64,000 nucleotides of DNA from Gammaproteobacteria bacterium (GCA_965222615.1 CBDCUI010000007.1:416001-480000), one strand, 5' to 3'. Shown: positions 49,647 to 60,813, numbered from the stretch's first letter. The notes: generated by a model from the sequence alone, not told the origin. A program made the numbers and translations.

Positions 49647-51731
49647 TTAAACTTGCCCAAACTCAATCGACTTCCCTAACCATCTTTGAATCACTGCATC
49701 CACTGTTTGTGGATGTTCCACTTGCAACATCTTTGCAGTTTCTTGCACCAGAGGAATCAAGTCTTGATCACGCATGAGGTTGGCAATGCGCAGTTGCAAC
49801 ATGCCAGTTTGCCGAGTACCTAATACTTCACCTGGTCCACGAATTTCAAGATCCACTTGTGCAACTTTAAAGCCATCGTTGGTATTGCGCATAGTATCTA
49901 TACGAACTTTGGCATTTTCAGTTAAGGGTGGATCGAATAGCAAGACACAGCTGCTTTCTTCACTACCGCGACCTACACGTCCACGCAACTGATGTAATTG
50001 TGCAAGTCCCAAGCGCTCAGCATTCTCAATAATCATTAAACTTGCATTGGGTACATCGACACCAACTTCGATGACCGTGGTGGCAATGAGCAAATCAATT
50101 TCTCGAGTCACAAACGCCTGCATCACTGCATCTTTTTCCTTGCCTTTCATACGACCATGTACGAGGCCAACTTTTACTCCACGCAATAGTTCTTTAAGTT
50201 CTCGATAAACATCTTCTGCGGCCTGACACTGCATCGCCTCTGATTCTTCTACTAAGGTACATACCCAATAGGCTTGTTGACCATTTCGACAAGCATTGGC
50301 AACACGCTGTACAACTTCATTGCGTCGCTCTAATGGAATGGCAATGGTATTTATTGGTTTGCGACCTGGCGGTAGCTCATCGATAACTGAATAATCCAAA
50401 TCTGCATACGCAGTCATGGCCAATGTTCTCGGAATAGGTGTGGCGGTCATAATCAATTGGTGCGGATACATGCCATCTTGTACACCTTTTTCACGCAATG
50501 CCAAACGTTGATGAACTCCAAAACGATGCTGCTCATCGATTACCACTAAGGCCAAATTCTTAAATGTCACCCCTTGCTGAAATAAGGCGTGGGTTCCAAC
50601 AATAGCATTAGCAGTTCCGGTCTTTATCAACTCTTTCATTTCATTACTTTTACTAGCTGTCAACTTACCCGACAACCAAGCAATACTAACCCCCAAAGGT
50701 TCTAACCATTTATAGAAATTTCTTAAGTGCTGTTCCGCCAATATTTCGGTAGGTGCCATCATGACCGCTTGATAACCTGCTTCAATTACATGTAAACATG
50801 CTGCGATTGCGATCAAAGTTTTACCACTGCCAACATCACCCTGAACTAGACGTAACATTGGGTAATCGTTTTTTAAATCTGAAAATACTATATTGATTAC
50901 ACGTTGTTGTGCATTAGTGAGTTGAAACTCGAGATTGTTTAGTAATTTTGAATAGAGATTACCATTACTCACAATCGCAATCGCCGATTGTTTTTGCATT
51001 TGCAACCGTAATTTTGCAAGACTTAACTGTTGTGCCAACAGTTCTTCGAACGCAAGCCTGCGTTGCATAGGATGCTTGCCTAGAGTTAATAATTCAGTAT
51101 CCGCATCTGGAGGTGGGCGATGCACAAATTGTAAAGCGTCTTCTATAGAAACACGCTGACCATCAATCTCAGGTGGGATCGGTAATAGATCAAGTCCTAG
51201 TGTATCTTTAGTTCTTATCCACTGCAGTGCTTGCGAAGTTAAACGTCGCAGACTAAGTTGATGTAAGCCTTCAGTAGTGGGATAGATTGGCGTTAAATGG
51301 TCTTCGACTTTAGCAATATAGTCGTTATGTTGAATTTCATACTCAGGATGTACCATTTCCGGCCCTTTTAACCCACGCCTAACTTCACCGAAACAACGCA
51401 CATTTACACCACGTGAAAAATTTTCTCGTTGTGTATTGTTGAAATAAAAAAAGCGTAACAGTACTCTTCCCGTACCATCATCCACACTTACTAGTAGCAT
51501 GCGTCTTTTTCTATATACGATCTCGCTATGTTCTACAGTCCCAATCACCACACATTCATCACCTGGACGCAAAGCTGCAATGGCTCGAATCTGGGTTCGA
51601 TCCTGATAGCGTATGGGTAAGTGAAACAGTAGGTCTTGGATTGTATAGATATGTATACGTGCTAAGCGTTCTGCAACACGAAGACCAACACCTTTAAGCG
51701 TGCTTACCGATGGGAAAGTTGTATCGTTCAA
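49647..51731 (-). CDS. recG: ATP-dependent DNA helicase RecG
   Basis: QGDVGSGKT, DEQHRFG, TATPIPR, HQLRGRVGRG, GTRQTG. Confidence 0.98.
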   Translation of the reverse strand: MNDTTFPSVSTLKGVGLRVAERLARIHIYTIQDLLFHLPIRYQDRTQIRAIAALRPGDECVVIGTVEHSEIVYRKRRMLLVSVDDGTGRVLLRFFYFNNTQRENFSRGVNVRCFGEVRRGLKGPEMVHPEYEIQHNDYIAKVEDHLTPIYPTTEGLHQLSLRRLTSQALQWIRTKDTLGLDLLPIPPEIDGQRVSIEDALQFVHRPPPDADTELLTLGKHPMQRRLAFEELLAQQLSLAKLRLQMQKQSAIAIVSNGNLYSKLLNNLEFQLTNAQQRVINIVFSDLKNDYPMLRLVQGDVGSGKTLIAIAACLHVIEAGYQAVMMAPTEILAEQHLRNFYKWLEPLGVSIAWLSGKLTASKSNEMKELIKTGTANAIVGTHALFQQGVTFKNLALVVIDEQHRFGVHQRLALREKGVQDGMYPHQLIMTATPIPRTLAMTAYADLDYSVIDELPPGRKPINTIAIPLERRNEVVQRVANACRNGQQAYWVCTLVEESEAMQCQAAEDVYRELKELLRGVKVGLVHGRMKGKEKDAVMQAFVTREIDLLIATTVIEVGVDVPNASLMIIENAERLGLAQLHQLRGRVGRGSEESSCVLLFDPPLTENAKVRIDTMRNTNDGFKVAQVDLEIRGPGEVLGTRQTGMLQLRIANLMRDQDLIPLVQETAKMLQVEHPQTVDAVIQRWLGKSIEFGQV

Positions 51732-51784
51732 CAGTTAAAAACCGAGTACTCTATAAATCTAAGTCGAACCATTAACAAAATAGT

Positions 51785-51890
51785 AGATAACAAGCTTAGA
51801 CTAAGGTGCAAAACTAACGAAAAGCGGAGTTTACAATCAGTATATGAGCAATTCTTGGAAATTCTAAAACGAAGCATTAACTTGCTATAT
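51785..51890 (+). repeat. Family A element, divergent copy 9
   Basis: Core gaaaagcggagtttaca..gtatatgagca..aacgaag; short arms ataacaag / cttgctat. Confidence 0.65.
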
Positions 51891-51906
51891 GCATTTTGAA
51901 ACGCTT

Positions 51907-52290
51907 CTACTGAATCTCCATAACGGCATCCATTTCCACACTCACATCTTTTGGTAAAGATGCCACACCGACAGCTGCACGAGCTGGATAGGGTCGTGAG
52001 AAATATTCTGCCATTACTTCATTTACTAATGGGAAATGTGTGAGATCGGTTAAAAATATATTTAATTTAACTACTTCACTAAACGAACCACCTGCAGCAT
52101 CCGCTACGGCCTGTAAATTATCAAACACCTGACGAATTTGTTCTCGCATATCTGTAGCAACCACTTGCATGGTTTTTGGATCCAATGGAATTTGACCGGA
52201 TAAATATACAGTTGTGCCAACTTTTACGGCTTGTGAGTAAGTACCAATTGCCTCGGGTGCGTTTGCCGTATTAATAATTTCTCGCGTCAT
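51907..52290 (-). CDS. ridA: RidA family enamine/imine deaminase
   Basis: [23 protein letters not shown]. Confidence 0.92.
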   Translation of the reverse strand: MTREIINTANAPEAIGTYSQAVKVGTTVYLSGQIPLDPKTMQVVATDMREQIRQVFDNLQAVADAAGGSFSEVVKLNIFLTDLTHFPLVNEVMAEYFSRPYPARAAVGVASLPKDVSVEMDAVMEIQ

Positions 52291-52302
52291 TAACTTCTCC
52301 TG

Positions 52303-54471
52303 TTACATTCGTTTTACTTTATATATTTTTGGTATCTTACGGATCGCTCGCATGATTTTGGCTAAATGATCACGATCTTTAGCCGTCAACAAAACTGTAA
52401 TGGTAGTTGTCGCACCAAATTTATCTTCAAACACAATATTTTCAATATTAGAGCCTTGATCTGAAATGGTAGCTGCAACTACCGCAAGAACACCCCGTTC
52501 ATTAGCTGTTTTAATGCTAATTTCTGCTACGAATTCACTGCCGGGATCCCGTGCCCAACTAACATGAATCCACTTGTCTCGACTGTGTTTCTCACGCCTA
52601 GTGTTTTTACATTTTATATAATGTACTACTAAGCCTTTTCCAGCAGTCATAATTCCAATAATGGAATCGCCAGGTATGGGATGACAACATTTTGCATAAC
52701 TCACGACCATACCTTCTGTGCCACTGATGGCTAATGGAAGCTTAGTTTCACTTTTGCGTCGTAATTTAATCCAGCGACCACGCAGTGACACCAAGTGTTT
52801 CGCAACAAACGGTGCCATACGGTCACCTAAACCAATTTCTTGAAATAATTGTTCTTGTGAGTCAAGTTGTAACTCTTCTAATAAATTAGCAACCTCTCGC
52901 TGACTTATATCATTCCAATTTTTGCCGTATGCACTCAGTGCTTGATTAAGTAAGCGTTTACCAAGGTCAGTGGCTTCATCTCTTTGTAAATTCTTTAAGA
53001 AACTGCGAATGTTGGAACGAGCCTTAGCCGTAACAATAAAATTAAGCCATGCGGGATTAGGTCGACCACTAGGCGCAGTAATAATTTCCACAGTTTGGCC
53101 GTTTGCTAATACAGTACTGAGAGGCTCTAATCTTCGATTAATTTTTGCGGCGACACACTGATTTCCAATATCAGAATGTACAGCATAAGCAAAATCAACT
53201 GCTGTTGCATTGATTGGTAATTCCATAATGTCTCCAGCTGGAGTAAAGACATATATTTCGTCACGAAATAGATCAACTCTTACACTTTCCAAAAATTCAA
53301 GTGAACTTCCTGATCGATGTTGCATTTCCGAGACGGTTTTAAGCCATTCTCGCGTGCGCACATGTGGGGCAGCCTGCTCATCATTACCAACTTTATACAT
53401 CCAATGTGCCGCAATTCCAGACTGCGCAACCTGGTCCATTTCCTCAGAGCGAACCTGCACCTCGATTGGAATACCTTTAGGGCCAAAAAGAATAGTGTGC
53501 AATGATTGATAAGCATTTTTCTTTGGTATAGCAATATAGTCTTTAAACTTCTCAGGCACAGGTTTGTACAAATTATGAATAACACCTATGACCCGATAAC
53601 ACGTGTCTACATCTTTAACTACGATTCTAAATGCAAATACGTCGAATACCTCGGAAAACTGCAGACGTTTTTCTTTCATTTTTCTGTAGATGCTGTAAAT
53701 ATTCTTCTCGCGACCATAAATCCTACTGACAATATTTGCTTGTTCTAATCGTTCACAAATATTTTTTTCAACCTCTTCTAACAAAACTTTTCGATTTACA
53801 TTGGTGCGTTTTATCGCTTCACTTAAAACTTCAAAGCGCCTTGGCCACAGAGTTTGAAAAGATAGTTCTTCTAGCTCTACGCGTAAATCATGCATACCTA
53901 AACGTAGTGCAATGGGCGCATAAATATCTAAGGTCTCGCGTGCAATTCGTTTACGTTTTGTATTTGACATAACACTCAGGGTACGCATGTTATGTAGACG
54001 ATCTGCGAGCTTGATGATAATGACGCGCACATCCTTCACCATCGCAAGCATCATCTTACGAAAGTTTTCTGCTTGTGCTTCTAATTTAGACCCAAACTCT
54101 AGATGAGTAAGCTTACTTACACCATCGACAAGGTCAGCGACCTCATCTCCAAATTTTCGTGTTATTTGCTCTTTTGCGGTTTCTGTATCTTCGATGACAT
54201 CATGCAATATTGCAGCGGTAATCGTTTGTGCATCCATATGCATCTCTGCCAATATTTTAGCCACTGCGAGTGGGTGATAAATATAAGGCTCACCTGTAAG
54301 TCGAGTTTGACCTTCATGCGCATCAGCACTGAACAAATACGCGCGGTAGACTGTTTTAACTTGTTTAGATGATAGATAAACTTCAAGCAGTGCACATAAG
54401 TCACTAATTAAAAAGCGTGATGGCTGCTTGCTAGTAATCGTTGTGCTAGCGGATTCAGCAACACTAGCCAT
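52303..54471 (-). CDS. spoT: Bifunctional (p)ppGpp synthetase/hydrolase SpoT
   Basis: HD domain LHDVIED, KLADRLHNMRT, TGS and ACT domains; gmk-rpoZ-spoT synteny. Confidence 0.96.
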   Translation of the reverse strand: MASVAESASTTITSKQPSRFLISDLCALLEVYLSSKQVKTVYRAYLFSADAHEGQTRLTGEPYIYHPLAVAKILAEMHMDAQTITAAILHDVIEDTETAKEQITRKFGDEVADLVDGVSKLTHLEFGSKLEAQAENFRKMMLAMVKDVRVIIIKLADRLHNMRTLSVMSNTKRKRIARETLDIYAPIALRLGMHDLRVELEELSFQTLWPRRFEVLSEAIKRTNVNRKVLLEEVEKNICERLEQANIVSRIYGREKNIYSIYRKMKEKRLQFSEVFDVFAFRIVVKDVDTCYRVIGVIHNLYKPVPEKFKDYIAIPKKNAYQSLHTILFGPKGIPIEVQVRSEEMDQVAQSGIAAHWMYKVGNDEQAAPHVRTREWLKTVSEMQHRSGSSLEFLESVRVDLFRDEIYVFTPAGDIMELPINATAVDFAYAVHSDIGNQCVAAKINRRLEPLSTVLANGQTVEIITAPSGRPNPAWLNFIVTAKARSNIRSFLKNLQRDEATDLGKRLLNQALSAYGKNWNDISQREVANLLEELQLDSQEQLFQEIGLGDRMAPFVAKHLVSLRGRWIKLRRKSETKLPLAISGTEGMVVSYAKCCHPIPGDSIIGIMTAGKGLVVHYIKCKNTRREKHSRDKWIHVSWARDPGSEFVAEISIKTANERGVLAVVAATISDQGSNIENIVFEDKFGATTTITVLLTAKDRDHLAKIMRAIRKIPKIYKVKRM

Positions 54472-54500
54472 TGCCTTAACGAGGGTACACTAGGACATAC

Positions 54501-55061
54501 CTAGAACCCTTGGTCTCCTTCTTCAGAGGCTTCGGACGGTGATGACGGCGCTATCTCGTCAGTAGATGGAGCATCTTCTTCCTCTGGAGTAACTGTTGGT
54601 GTGCTGGCCGCCGCAGTATCGTCATTTGCGCCAGTACCGAATAACGGACTCAGTGGCAAGGATGATGATACTTCCTGCTGGGGTGGCAAGGGTTCCGTTG
54701 TTTGTGCTTCAACGCTAGAGGATTCAGTAACCTGAGGCTCTTCTTTTGTCGTTGTTGTTTCTTCCGTTGTTTGGCTGAGCTCACGACTGATCTCGGCGTG
54801 CAACGCGGCTGCTAAATCGTCTTCAGCAAATTCTGACTCTTCTTCGACCTGTGGCGCAGCTAGAGAGGCTCGCATCATTTCTTCATTAACGAGGTTTTCG
54901 GCAATTTCACGCAGTGCAACTACGGTAGGCTTATCATTTTCCCATTCTACTAGTGGTTCAGTGCCTAATGAGAGCTGTCGTGCACGTTTACTCGCCAACA
55001 ATACTAGTTTAAAGCGATTTTCTATATTTTCTAGACAGTCCTCTACCGTGATTCGGGCCAT
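54501..55061 (-). CDS. rpoZ: RNA polymerase omega subunit with long acidic C-terminal extension
   Basis: [37 protein letters not shown]. Confidence 0.95.
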   Translation of the reverse strand: MARITVEDCLENIENRFKLVLLASKRARQLSLGTEPLVEWENDKPTVVALREIAENLVNEEMMRASLAAPQVEEESEFAEDDLAAALHAEISRELSQTTEETTTTKEEPQVTESSSVEAQTTEPLPPQQEVSSSLPLSPLFGTGANDDTAAASTPTVTPEEEDAPSTDEIAPSSPSEASEEGDQGF

Positions 55062-55137
55062 TTCTTACTCCTAATTATACTGTTAATAACGAGCTTAGCC
55101 GATTGAGTGTAACGAATTTATCCACCTGCTTCTAGCA

Positions 55138-55752
55138 CTATGACAATAAATCCATTGTTAAGGAGTGCAGCTTTTCCTTATTCATTGACTGGTATCTCTC
55201 TGAGCCTGATAAAAGTGCGGTTAACTGCTGTAACGCTTTGTCGAAGTCGTCATTAAGAATTACAAAATCAAATTCATCAAAATGGGCCATCTCACTTTGA
55301 GCATCGCACATTCTTCTTGCAATAACTTCGTCACTATCCTGTCCTCGATTACGTAAACGGGTCTCTAGTTCAGCTTTGGATGGAGGCAGAATAAATATCG
55401 ATTTCGTATTCGGCATCTTGGCACGTACTTGTGCTGCACCTTGCCAATCTATCTCAAGGATAACATTGAACCCTTGATCAAGTTGTTTTTGCACAGATGA
55501 TTTCGATGTGCCATAAAAATTATCAAATACTTTTGCATATTCCAAAAACTCTCCGCGTTCAATCATCACTGTAAAATTTTCAACGCTGATGAAGTAGTAG
55601 TCTTTACCGTCGATCTCACCTGGACGCATTGGGCGGGTGGTGTGTGAAATAGACACTCGTACTTGCTGTAATTGTTTGATGAGCGCCTTGACCAAGCTTG
55701 TTTTACCCGCACCAGACGGAGCTGAAATGATAAATAATTGACCTTTATTCAT
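55138..55752 (-). CDS. gmk: Guanylate kinase
   Basis: [23 protein letters not shown]. Confidence 0.97.
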   Translation of the reverse strand: MNKGQLFIISAPSGAGKTSLVKALIKQLQQVRVSISHTTRPMRPGEIDGKDYYFISVENFTVMIERGEFLEYAKVFDNFYGTSKSSVQKQLDQGFNVILEIDWQGAAQVRAKMPNTKSIFILPPSKAELETRLRNRGQDSDEVIARRMCDAQSEMAHFDEFDFVILNDDFDKALQQLTALLSGSERYQSMNKEKLHSLTMDLLS

Positions 55753-55812
55753 ATTTATTAATAACAGTATATATCTTTAAAAATCCAATAAGACTATATT
55801 CTACCAAATAAT

Positions 55813-55838
55813 AAAAAAGCCCCGCACTGCGGGGCTTT
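55813..55838 (-). terminator. Rho-independent terminator after the OmpA-family gene
   Basis: aaaaaagccccgca-c-tgcggggcttt. Confidence 0.85.
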
Positions 55839-55871
55839 AAGATTTATTAAATATATTTAATATTTATCACA

Positions 55872-56549
55872 TTAACTTTTCGTCAGTGGCACTAATGCAA
55901 TTTCCACACGTCTATTTAAACTCCGACCAGCTGGATCAGAATTACTTGCAACAGGATAATCTTCTCCATAGCCATATGTCGCTAAACGCAGAGCTTGAAT
56001 ATCGCGGCTTTGAAAATATCTAGACACTGCATCTGCACGACGCTCTGATAATCTTTTATTATAATCACTTGAACCCGTACTATCGGTATGCCCCATGACT
56101 TCAACAAGTGTTTTGTCAAACTCATCAATCACTAAGGTTACTGAATCCAAAACTGCAAAAAACTCTCCGTTGATATCAGCGCTATCTACTGCAAAGGTAA
56201 TATTTCCTGGCATATTGAGAATGATGTTATCACCATCGCGTGTGACACTAACTCCAGTACCTGCCAATTTTTGACGTAACTTTGCTTCTTGCACATCCAT
56301 ATAATAGCCAACGGCGCCACCAGCTAATGCACCAACACCTGCGCCAATTAATGCATGTTTTCGACGTTCACGACTATCATCACCGCTGATTACTCCAACC
56401 ACAGCACCGGCTGCAGCTCCTGCACCAGCACCAATAGCTGCTTTACTTACTTGTTTTTCACCAGTATAGGGATTGATTGTTGAACAAGCTGTAAAAACTA
56501 ACAATATAAAACAAGTCCCCATGATTCGTATTTGTTGCAATGTTTTCAT
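55872..56549 (-). CDS. OmpA-family lipoprotein (YiaD-like, glycine zipper)
   Basis: Lipobox FTAC, glycine zipper, GHTD..G..YN..LS.RRA, NRRVEI. Confidence 0.92.
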   Translation of the reverse strand: MKTLQQIRIMGTCFILLVFTACSTINPYTGEKQVSKAAIGAGAGAAAGAVVGVISGDDSRERRKHALIGAGVGALAGGAVGYYMDVQEAKLRQKLAGTGVSVTRDGDNIILNMPGNITFAVDSADINGEFFAVLDSVTLVIDEFDKTLVEVMGHTDSTGSSDYNKRLSERRADAVSRYFQSRDIQALRLATYGYGEDYPVASNSDPAGRSLNRRVEIALVPLTKS

Positions 56550-56877
56550 TTATACCTCCATATGCAAGGATTCAATCATCCATAAAGACATTATTACTAT
56601 ATGCATTCAGCCTAGTTTGACCAAGGCAATAATATAATTATCTCCCAGTTGATCACTATTTGATGCCGTTTGTACTTCCATACATCGGCATAACCCACCC
56701 ATATATCAAGTGCCTCTTATTCCTTGTTTCGCATACCTACAAATACAGTCAAAATTATTAAGATTAAATGCAAAACCTCTGTAAACAGTAAAGGAGGTTT
56801 AAGCGTAGAAGAGTTTTGCCAACTCTTACAAATGAATAAACATAATAATCATTGGTTTCAAATAGTTAGTTAAACAC

Positions 56878-57456
56878 ATGCAGCAATATATACTTAGTGA
56901 AGTTCAACAGTGGTTACCTGAAATAGATGCCTGTCAAATTGACCTTGAAAATAGCTCTGTAGAGAAACAACATCATCAAGAGTTAACTCAAATAATCGAA
57001 AACCTGCTTAACTGGGCTACTACGATATTAGAAAAAGCTAATCTTCCATCTACCTCTCACGAAGCTAAGGCACTGCTTAATAAATATAGTCATACAAGCG
57101 ATGAAGGCTGCGCACTACATATTGTAATCGAACTGGATGCACTGCAAGCTTCATTGCGCAACATCGATTCAAATACCGCAGCGATTTCAGGCATGAAACT
57201 ATTTGAGACAATTTGGAAACGTGCCATTACAACAAAACATCAACCAAAACAAGAAAGCAACACAAAACAAAAGAAAGATAACTTATTATCTACTTCACAA
57301 GAAAGTGAAGAAAACCTAAAGCTATATCAAAAAACTATTAATGAATTAAAAACCAAATACCCACATTGTAATGTGAATGCACTGCGTTTGCTTGCGTCTA
57401 CAAGATTAAATGTCACTAAACAAAAACTCGATGATTTGGGAATTTCACCCGAATAA
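56878..57456 (+). CDS. Hypothetical protein, paralog of the downstream ORF
   Basis: 192-aa ORF; C-terminal ~43 aa align with the C-terminus of 57467-58693. Confidence 0.7.
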   Translation: MQQYILSEVQQWLPEIDACQIDLENSSVEKQHHQELTQIIENLLNWATTILEKANLPSTSHEAKALLNKYSHTSDEGCALHIVIELDALQASLRNIDSNTAAISGMKLFETIWKRAITTKHQPKQESNTKQKKDNLLSTSQESEENLKLYQKTINELKTKYPHCNVNALRLLASTRLNVTKQKLDDLGISPE

Positions 57457-57466
57457 ATAATAGATT

Positions 57467-58693
57467 ATGGACACTGGAACTAATTTATTTAGCGCTTCCC
57501 TTGAGACAATTGACTCAAGTAAGCGTACGGATAAATTTCAGCGCTTTTTTTCAGAATTTCAGCGTGAATGTGATGTCATTCTTAGTAATGCACAAGAATG
57601 GATAAAAGCCGAATTACCCATTGTGGAAAGTTATATTGAGCTGGCTCCATTAAAAGAGGAGTTAAAATCCAATAAGATCTCTACTAGACGCAAACATCTA
57701 TTATCTGCTTTAATTTTTGAACAAGTGGCTCGTGATGCAGTACGTAAACACCAGGCTGCGACCGCAGGTTTAATGTCAATACACATGCTTAATCATATTT
57801 GGCAAGCAAGGCTCGAAATGAATCAAGTGCAGGTTTCATCTGCGCAAGCTAACATCACTAAACAAGATCTACCACGAGTAAAAACGAAAGAAGAACAAGA
57901 ACATGATTTAAAAAGAGAACAAATCCTGTCTTCTTTAATAAAGAAAGGCGAAAAATTATTAAGCGAATCGCAAATTCAAAAACAACAACAAAATAATACT
58001 TCAATTAAACCTATTCCTAAAAAACAAGCTAAACCAAAGCAACAAGCTACCTCAAAAAAGAAAAATGTATTCACTAAAAGTCAGAAGGATTTATGGGCTG
58101 AGGCCGCTGAAAAAGAAAAATTGAGCAGATTAAAATCACAAAACGACAAAAATGGTACTAACAAAAAAAGGAAGCAAAAAACCGGTGGTGTACTTTCTAA
58201 AGTGCGCACAAAGTTTCCTTTAAAAAGAAAATCAAAAAACAACGATGACCCTTCACAAACTGGCATACAGGCTAATACAAATATTTCGCCGAAAAAACCA
58301 GAAGATAGTCTTTTAGACGACCCCAATGCTTCTGCAATTATGGTAAGTTCAGGTATATACAAAGACATTGACGATTCATTAATTCAAGCACGTCCTCGCT
58401 TTTCCGATAATGTGGATGAATCTGGAATTACGGTGCGCAAGGTATTAAAAAAACGCGAACATGAAACACATGAACCAGGTAGTAACACGATCATTATGAA
58501 GCTAGCATCGAGCGCAGGTCGAGGTGACACCGCAAAAATGTCTGTACCTGAGCAATGTCAACAAGCTGTAAATGATATCTCCGCACAATTTCCAGGTTAT
58601 GATCTTGTGGCAATTCGTAATATGGCCGCAGAAAAAGTTGGTGTTTCCCCTCAATATATTGAGAATCTTAATATCCTTCCGGAAAAAACTTAA
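57467..58693 (+). CDS. Hypothetical protein with a Lys/Gln-rich disordered linker
   Basis: 408-aa ORF 10 bp after the previous one; shared N- and C-terminal modules. Confidence 0.7.
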   Translation: MDTGTNLFSASLETIDSSKRTDKFQRFFSEFQRECDVILSNAQEWIKAELPIVESYIELAPLKEELKSNKISTRRKHLLSALIFEQVARDAVRKHQAATAGLMSIHMLNHIWQARLEMNQVQVSSAQANITKQDLPRVKTKEEQEHDLKREQILSSLIKKGEKLLSESQIQKQQQNNTSIKPIPKKQAKPKQQATSKKKNVFTKSQKDLWAEAAEKEKLSRLKSQNDKNGTNKKRKQKTGGVLSKVRTKFPLKRKSKNNDDPSQTGIQANTNISPKKPEDSLLDDPNASAIMVSSGIYKDIDDSLIQARPRFSDNVDESGITVRKVLKKREHETHEPGSNTIIMKLASSAGRGDTAKMSVPEQCQQAVNDISAQFPGYDLVAIRNMAAEKVGVSPQYIENLNILPEKT

Positions 58694-58709
58694 CCATTCA
58701 AGCCTTGAT

Positions 58710-60008
58710 TTACGTACTAGTAGAATATTGAAATACGTTATCCCAAATATAATCCACAATTTTCTTTGCGGACTCAATATTACATGCTTGATAACTACCA
58801 TCAGTTAGCTTTTTAACAATCGACTGCATTTCTTCTTGCGTTCCTATTGGAGCTTGGAGAGCTACTAAGCGGTCAAGTACAGGATCTAAATTAATTGAAG
58901 ATTTTAAAGAAAATTGAGATTCTATCCATGCGGTAGATTTAGTATCAATTTCTTGTTTAGTAAGTGGGCCATCTTCATTTAATAATAGATGATAGACAAG
59001 CAACATTTCTTTACATTGTTCCTCTTCAGCTGAATCTACTATCGCATTCAATACTCCCTGACATATATCTAAGCTCTTAAAAAAAAGCACATCTGTTACT
59101 TTTTTCAAAAATTCTAAGCGCTTACTTTTATATTTAATATATTGCCTTGCAACAAATCCCCCTATAGCAACAAATGCAGAAAGTACTGCAACTAGTAAAG
59201 GGTATACTGCTTTTGAATCACTTATATCTACATCAAATTTACCACCTAGATCCCAGCCAAATACAACTAACGCAATTGCACCAACTAACAGTCCCAAGGC
59301 TGGTAATATTTTTATTAACATAGGAATCGCAGCACCCAAGGCTGGCACAACCAGCATAAGTTTGTCGCGCAAATTCATGCTGATCTTTACATTGGGAAAC
59401 AAAAGTTCCAAATCATAATGTGGAATATTTTTATACAGATAAAGATAGATCTTACCGGGCGCAAAATCTAGTTCATCTTTACGTTTTTCTTTGCTGTCAA
59501 AAAATTCCTTCTCTTTAATTTGCAATAACACAGCTACTTGATCATAGTTTGCAAACTTTATTTTTCTATTTCTCAGAAATCGCTTGATAGACACTTCTTT
59601 TGTGCTACTGCCGCGGTAGAACAGCATAATACGTTCGTACTCATTTAAGTCGACGCTAGTATTAACAGGTATTAACGACGACTGATGTAATGCTTCTTCT
59701 ATATTTTTTTGGAATAGCTCTCGATAATTGGCATTTTTTAATATGCCTTCAAAAGTATCGGCTAATATTTGTGCCTGTTGAGTTTTTTCTTCTGGTTTTA
59801 ATTTTGGAAATATCGGCGTATCTTGATTCGGATTGAAATAGGCATAAGCTTGCTTCATCAATTCTAAATTTTTTAGTGCCTTAAAATGTACATAGGCGTT
59901 TAGTATTTCTGCAAATGAACGGAATTGATTTATTTGACCTTCATTGAATGCTGATGATTTACAGCATTTATTGATTAATACATGTCTACTACATGGAATG
60001 AAATGCAT
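58710..60008 (-). CDS. DUF3754 / TMEM143-family protein
   Basis: HFIP.., LYLYKNIP..DLELLFPN, two TM segments, AEEEQCKEMLL.Y; ATG 60008 lies downstream of the upstream terminator. Confidence 0.8.
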   Translation of the reverse strand: MHFIPCSRHVLINKCCKSSAFNEGQINQFRSFAEILNAYVHFKALKNLELMKQAYAYFNPNQDTPIFPKLKPEEKTQQAQILADTFEGILKNANYRELFQKNIEEALHQSSLIPVNTSVDLNEYERIMLFYRGSSTKEVSIKRFLRNRKIKFANYDQVAVLLQIKEKEFFDSKEKRKDELDFAPGKIYLYLYKNIPHYDLELLFPNVKISMNLRDKLMLVVPALGAAIPMLIKILPALGLLVGAIALVVFGWDLGGKFDVDISDSKAVYPLLVAVLSAFVAIGGFVARQYIKYKSKRLEFLKKVTDVLFFKSLDICQGVLNAIVDSAEEEQCKEMLLVYHLLLNEDGPLTKQEIDTKSTAWIESQFSLKSSINLDPVLDRLVALQAPIGTQEEMQSIVKKLTDGSYQACNIESAKKIVDYIWDNVFQYSTST

Positions 60009-60045
60009 CACGATTACCCAGGCATTCTTATGATGCTCTACATAC

Positions 60046-60077
60046 AAAAACGCCCAGATAAAAAATATCCAGGCGTT
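60046..60077 (-). terminator. Rho-independent terminator after the GlsB-family gene
   Basis: Minus strand aacgcctggata...tatctgggcg followed by ttttt. Confidence 0.65.
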
Positions 60078-60117
60078 GTTCTCTTCACATTGAAGTGATA
60101 ATCAAACTTACATATTT

Positions 60118-60366
60118 CTATCTTTTAATAAATCGATAAAGAATAAGTAACAATAGTGCACCTAATACAGCAATCACTAAACTTATTATATTGAATCCTG
60201 TAACGGTACCAAAACCTAAAAGAGTACTAATATACCCTCCAACAAAGGCACCCGCGATACCCAGCAATATGGTAACAATAATGCCGCCCGGATCTTTGCC
60301 CGGCATGATTAATTTTGCAATTGCACCAACAATGCCTCCAAGAACAATCCACACTAAAAATCCCAT
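60118..60366 (-). CDS. GlsB/YeaQ/YmgE family stress-response membrane protein
   Basis: WIVLGGIVGAIAKLIMPG, TILLGIAGAFVGG. Confidence 0.93.
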   Translation of the reverse strand: MGFLVWIVLGGIVGAIAKLIMPGKDPGGIIVTILLGIAGAFVGGYISTLLGFGTVTGFNIISLVIAVLGALLLLILYRFIKR

Positions 60367-60417
60367 AATACCTCCTGTTATTTTACTGTTATATGACTAA
60401 GCCACCTGTAAATCTTT

Positions 60418-60813
60418 TTATTCTTTACTCATCTCTTCTACTTTATCTTTTACCTGCTCGACAACTTCTTCGGCTTTTTCCATCATAGTAGAGCCTTCTT
60501 CTGCTGTTGTTTCTTCTTCTATCGGAGGTAACGAATCCCAATCTGGAAGGTCTTCTACTTCGGGTCCTTTCATACCACCGTCAGTCACCTCTTTGGTTGC
60601 ATCAGCAGCATCACTCGCCATTTCTTTAGTTGCATCAGCCGCATCACTTGCCATTTCTTTGGTCGCTTCAGCAGCATCTTCAGCCATTTCACCAGCCTTT
60701 TGCACGGCATCGTCAGCCATCTCACCCGCTTTTTCCGCTGCATCTTTGGCTTCTTCTTTACTACAACCAAATACGAACGCCGAGACGAGTAATAGTATTA
60801 TTAGTTTACGCAT
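60418..60813 (-). CDS. Lipoprotein with 11-aa A/E/K/D/M repeats (LEA/YtxH-like)
   Basis: Lipobox VFGC; repeats such as KEMASDAADAT (33-bp period, ~60590-60750). Confidence 0.8.
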   Translation of the reverse strand: MRKLIILLLVSAFVFGCSKEEAKDAAEKAGEMADDAVQKAGEMAEDAAEATKEMASDAADATKEMASDAADATKEVTDGGMKGPEVEDLPDWDSLPPIEEETTAEEGSTMMEKAEEVVEQVKDKVEEMSKE

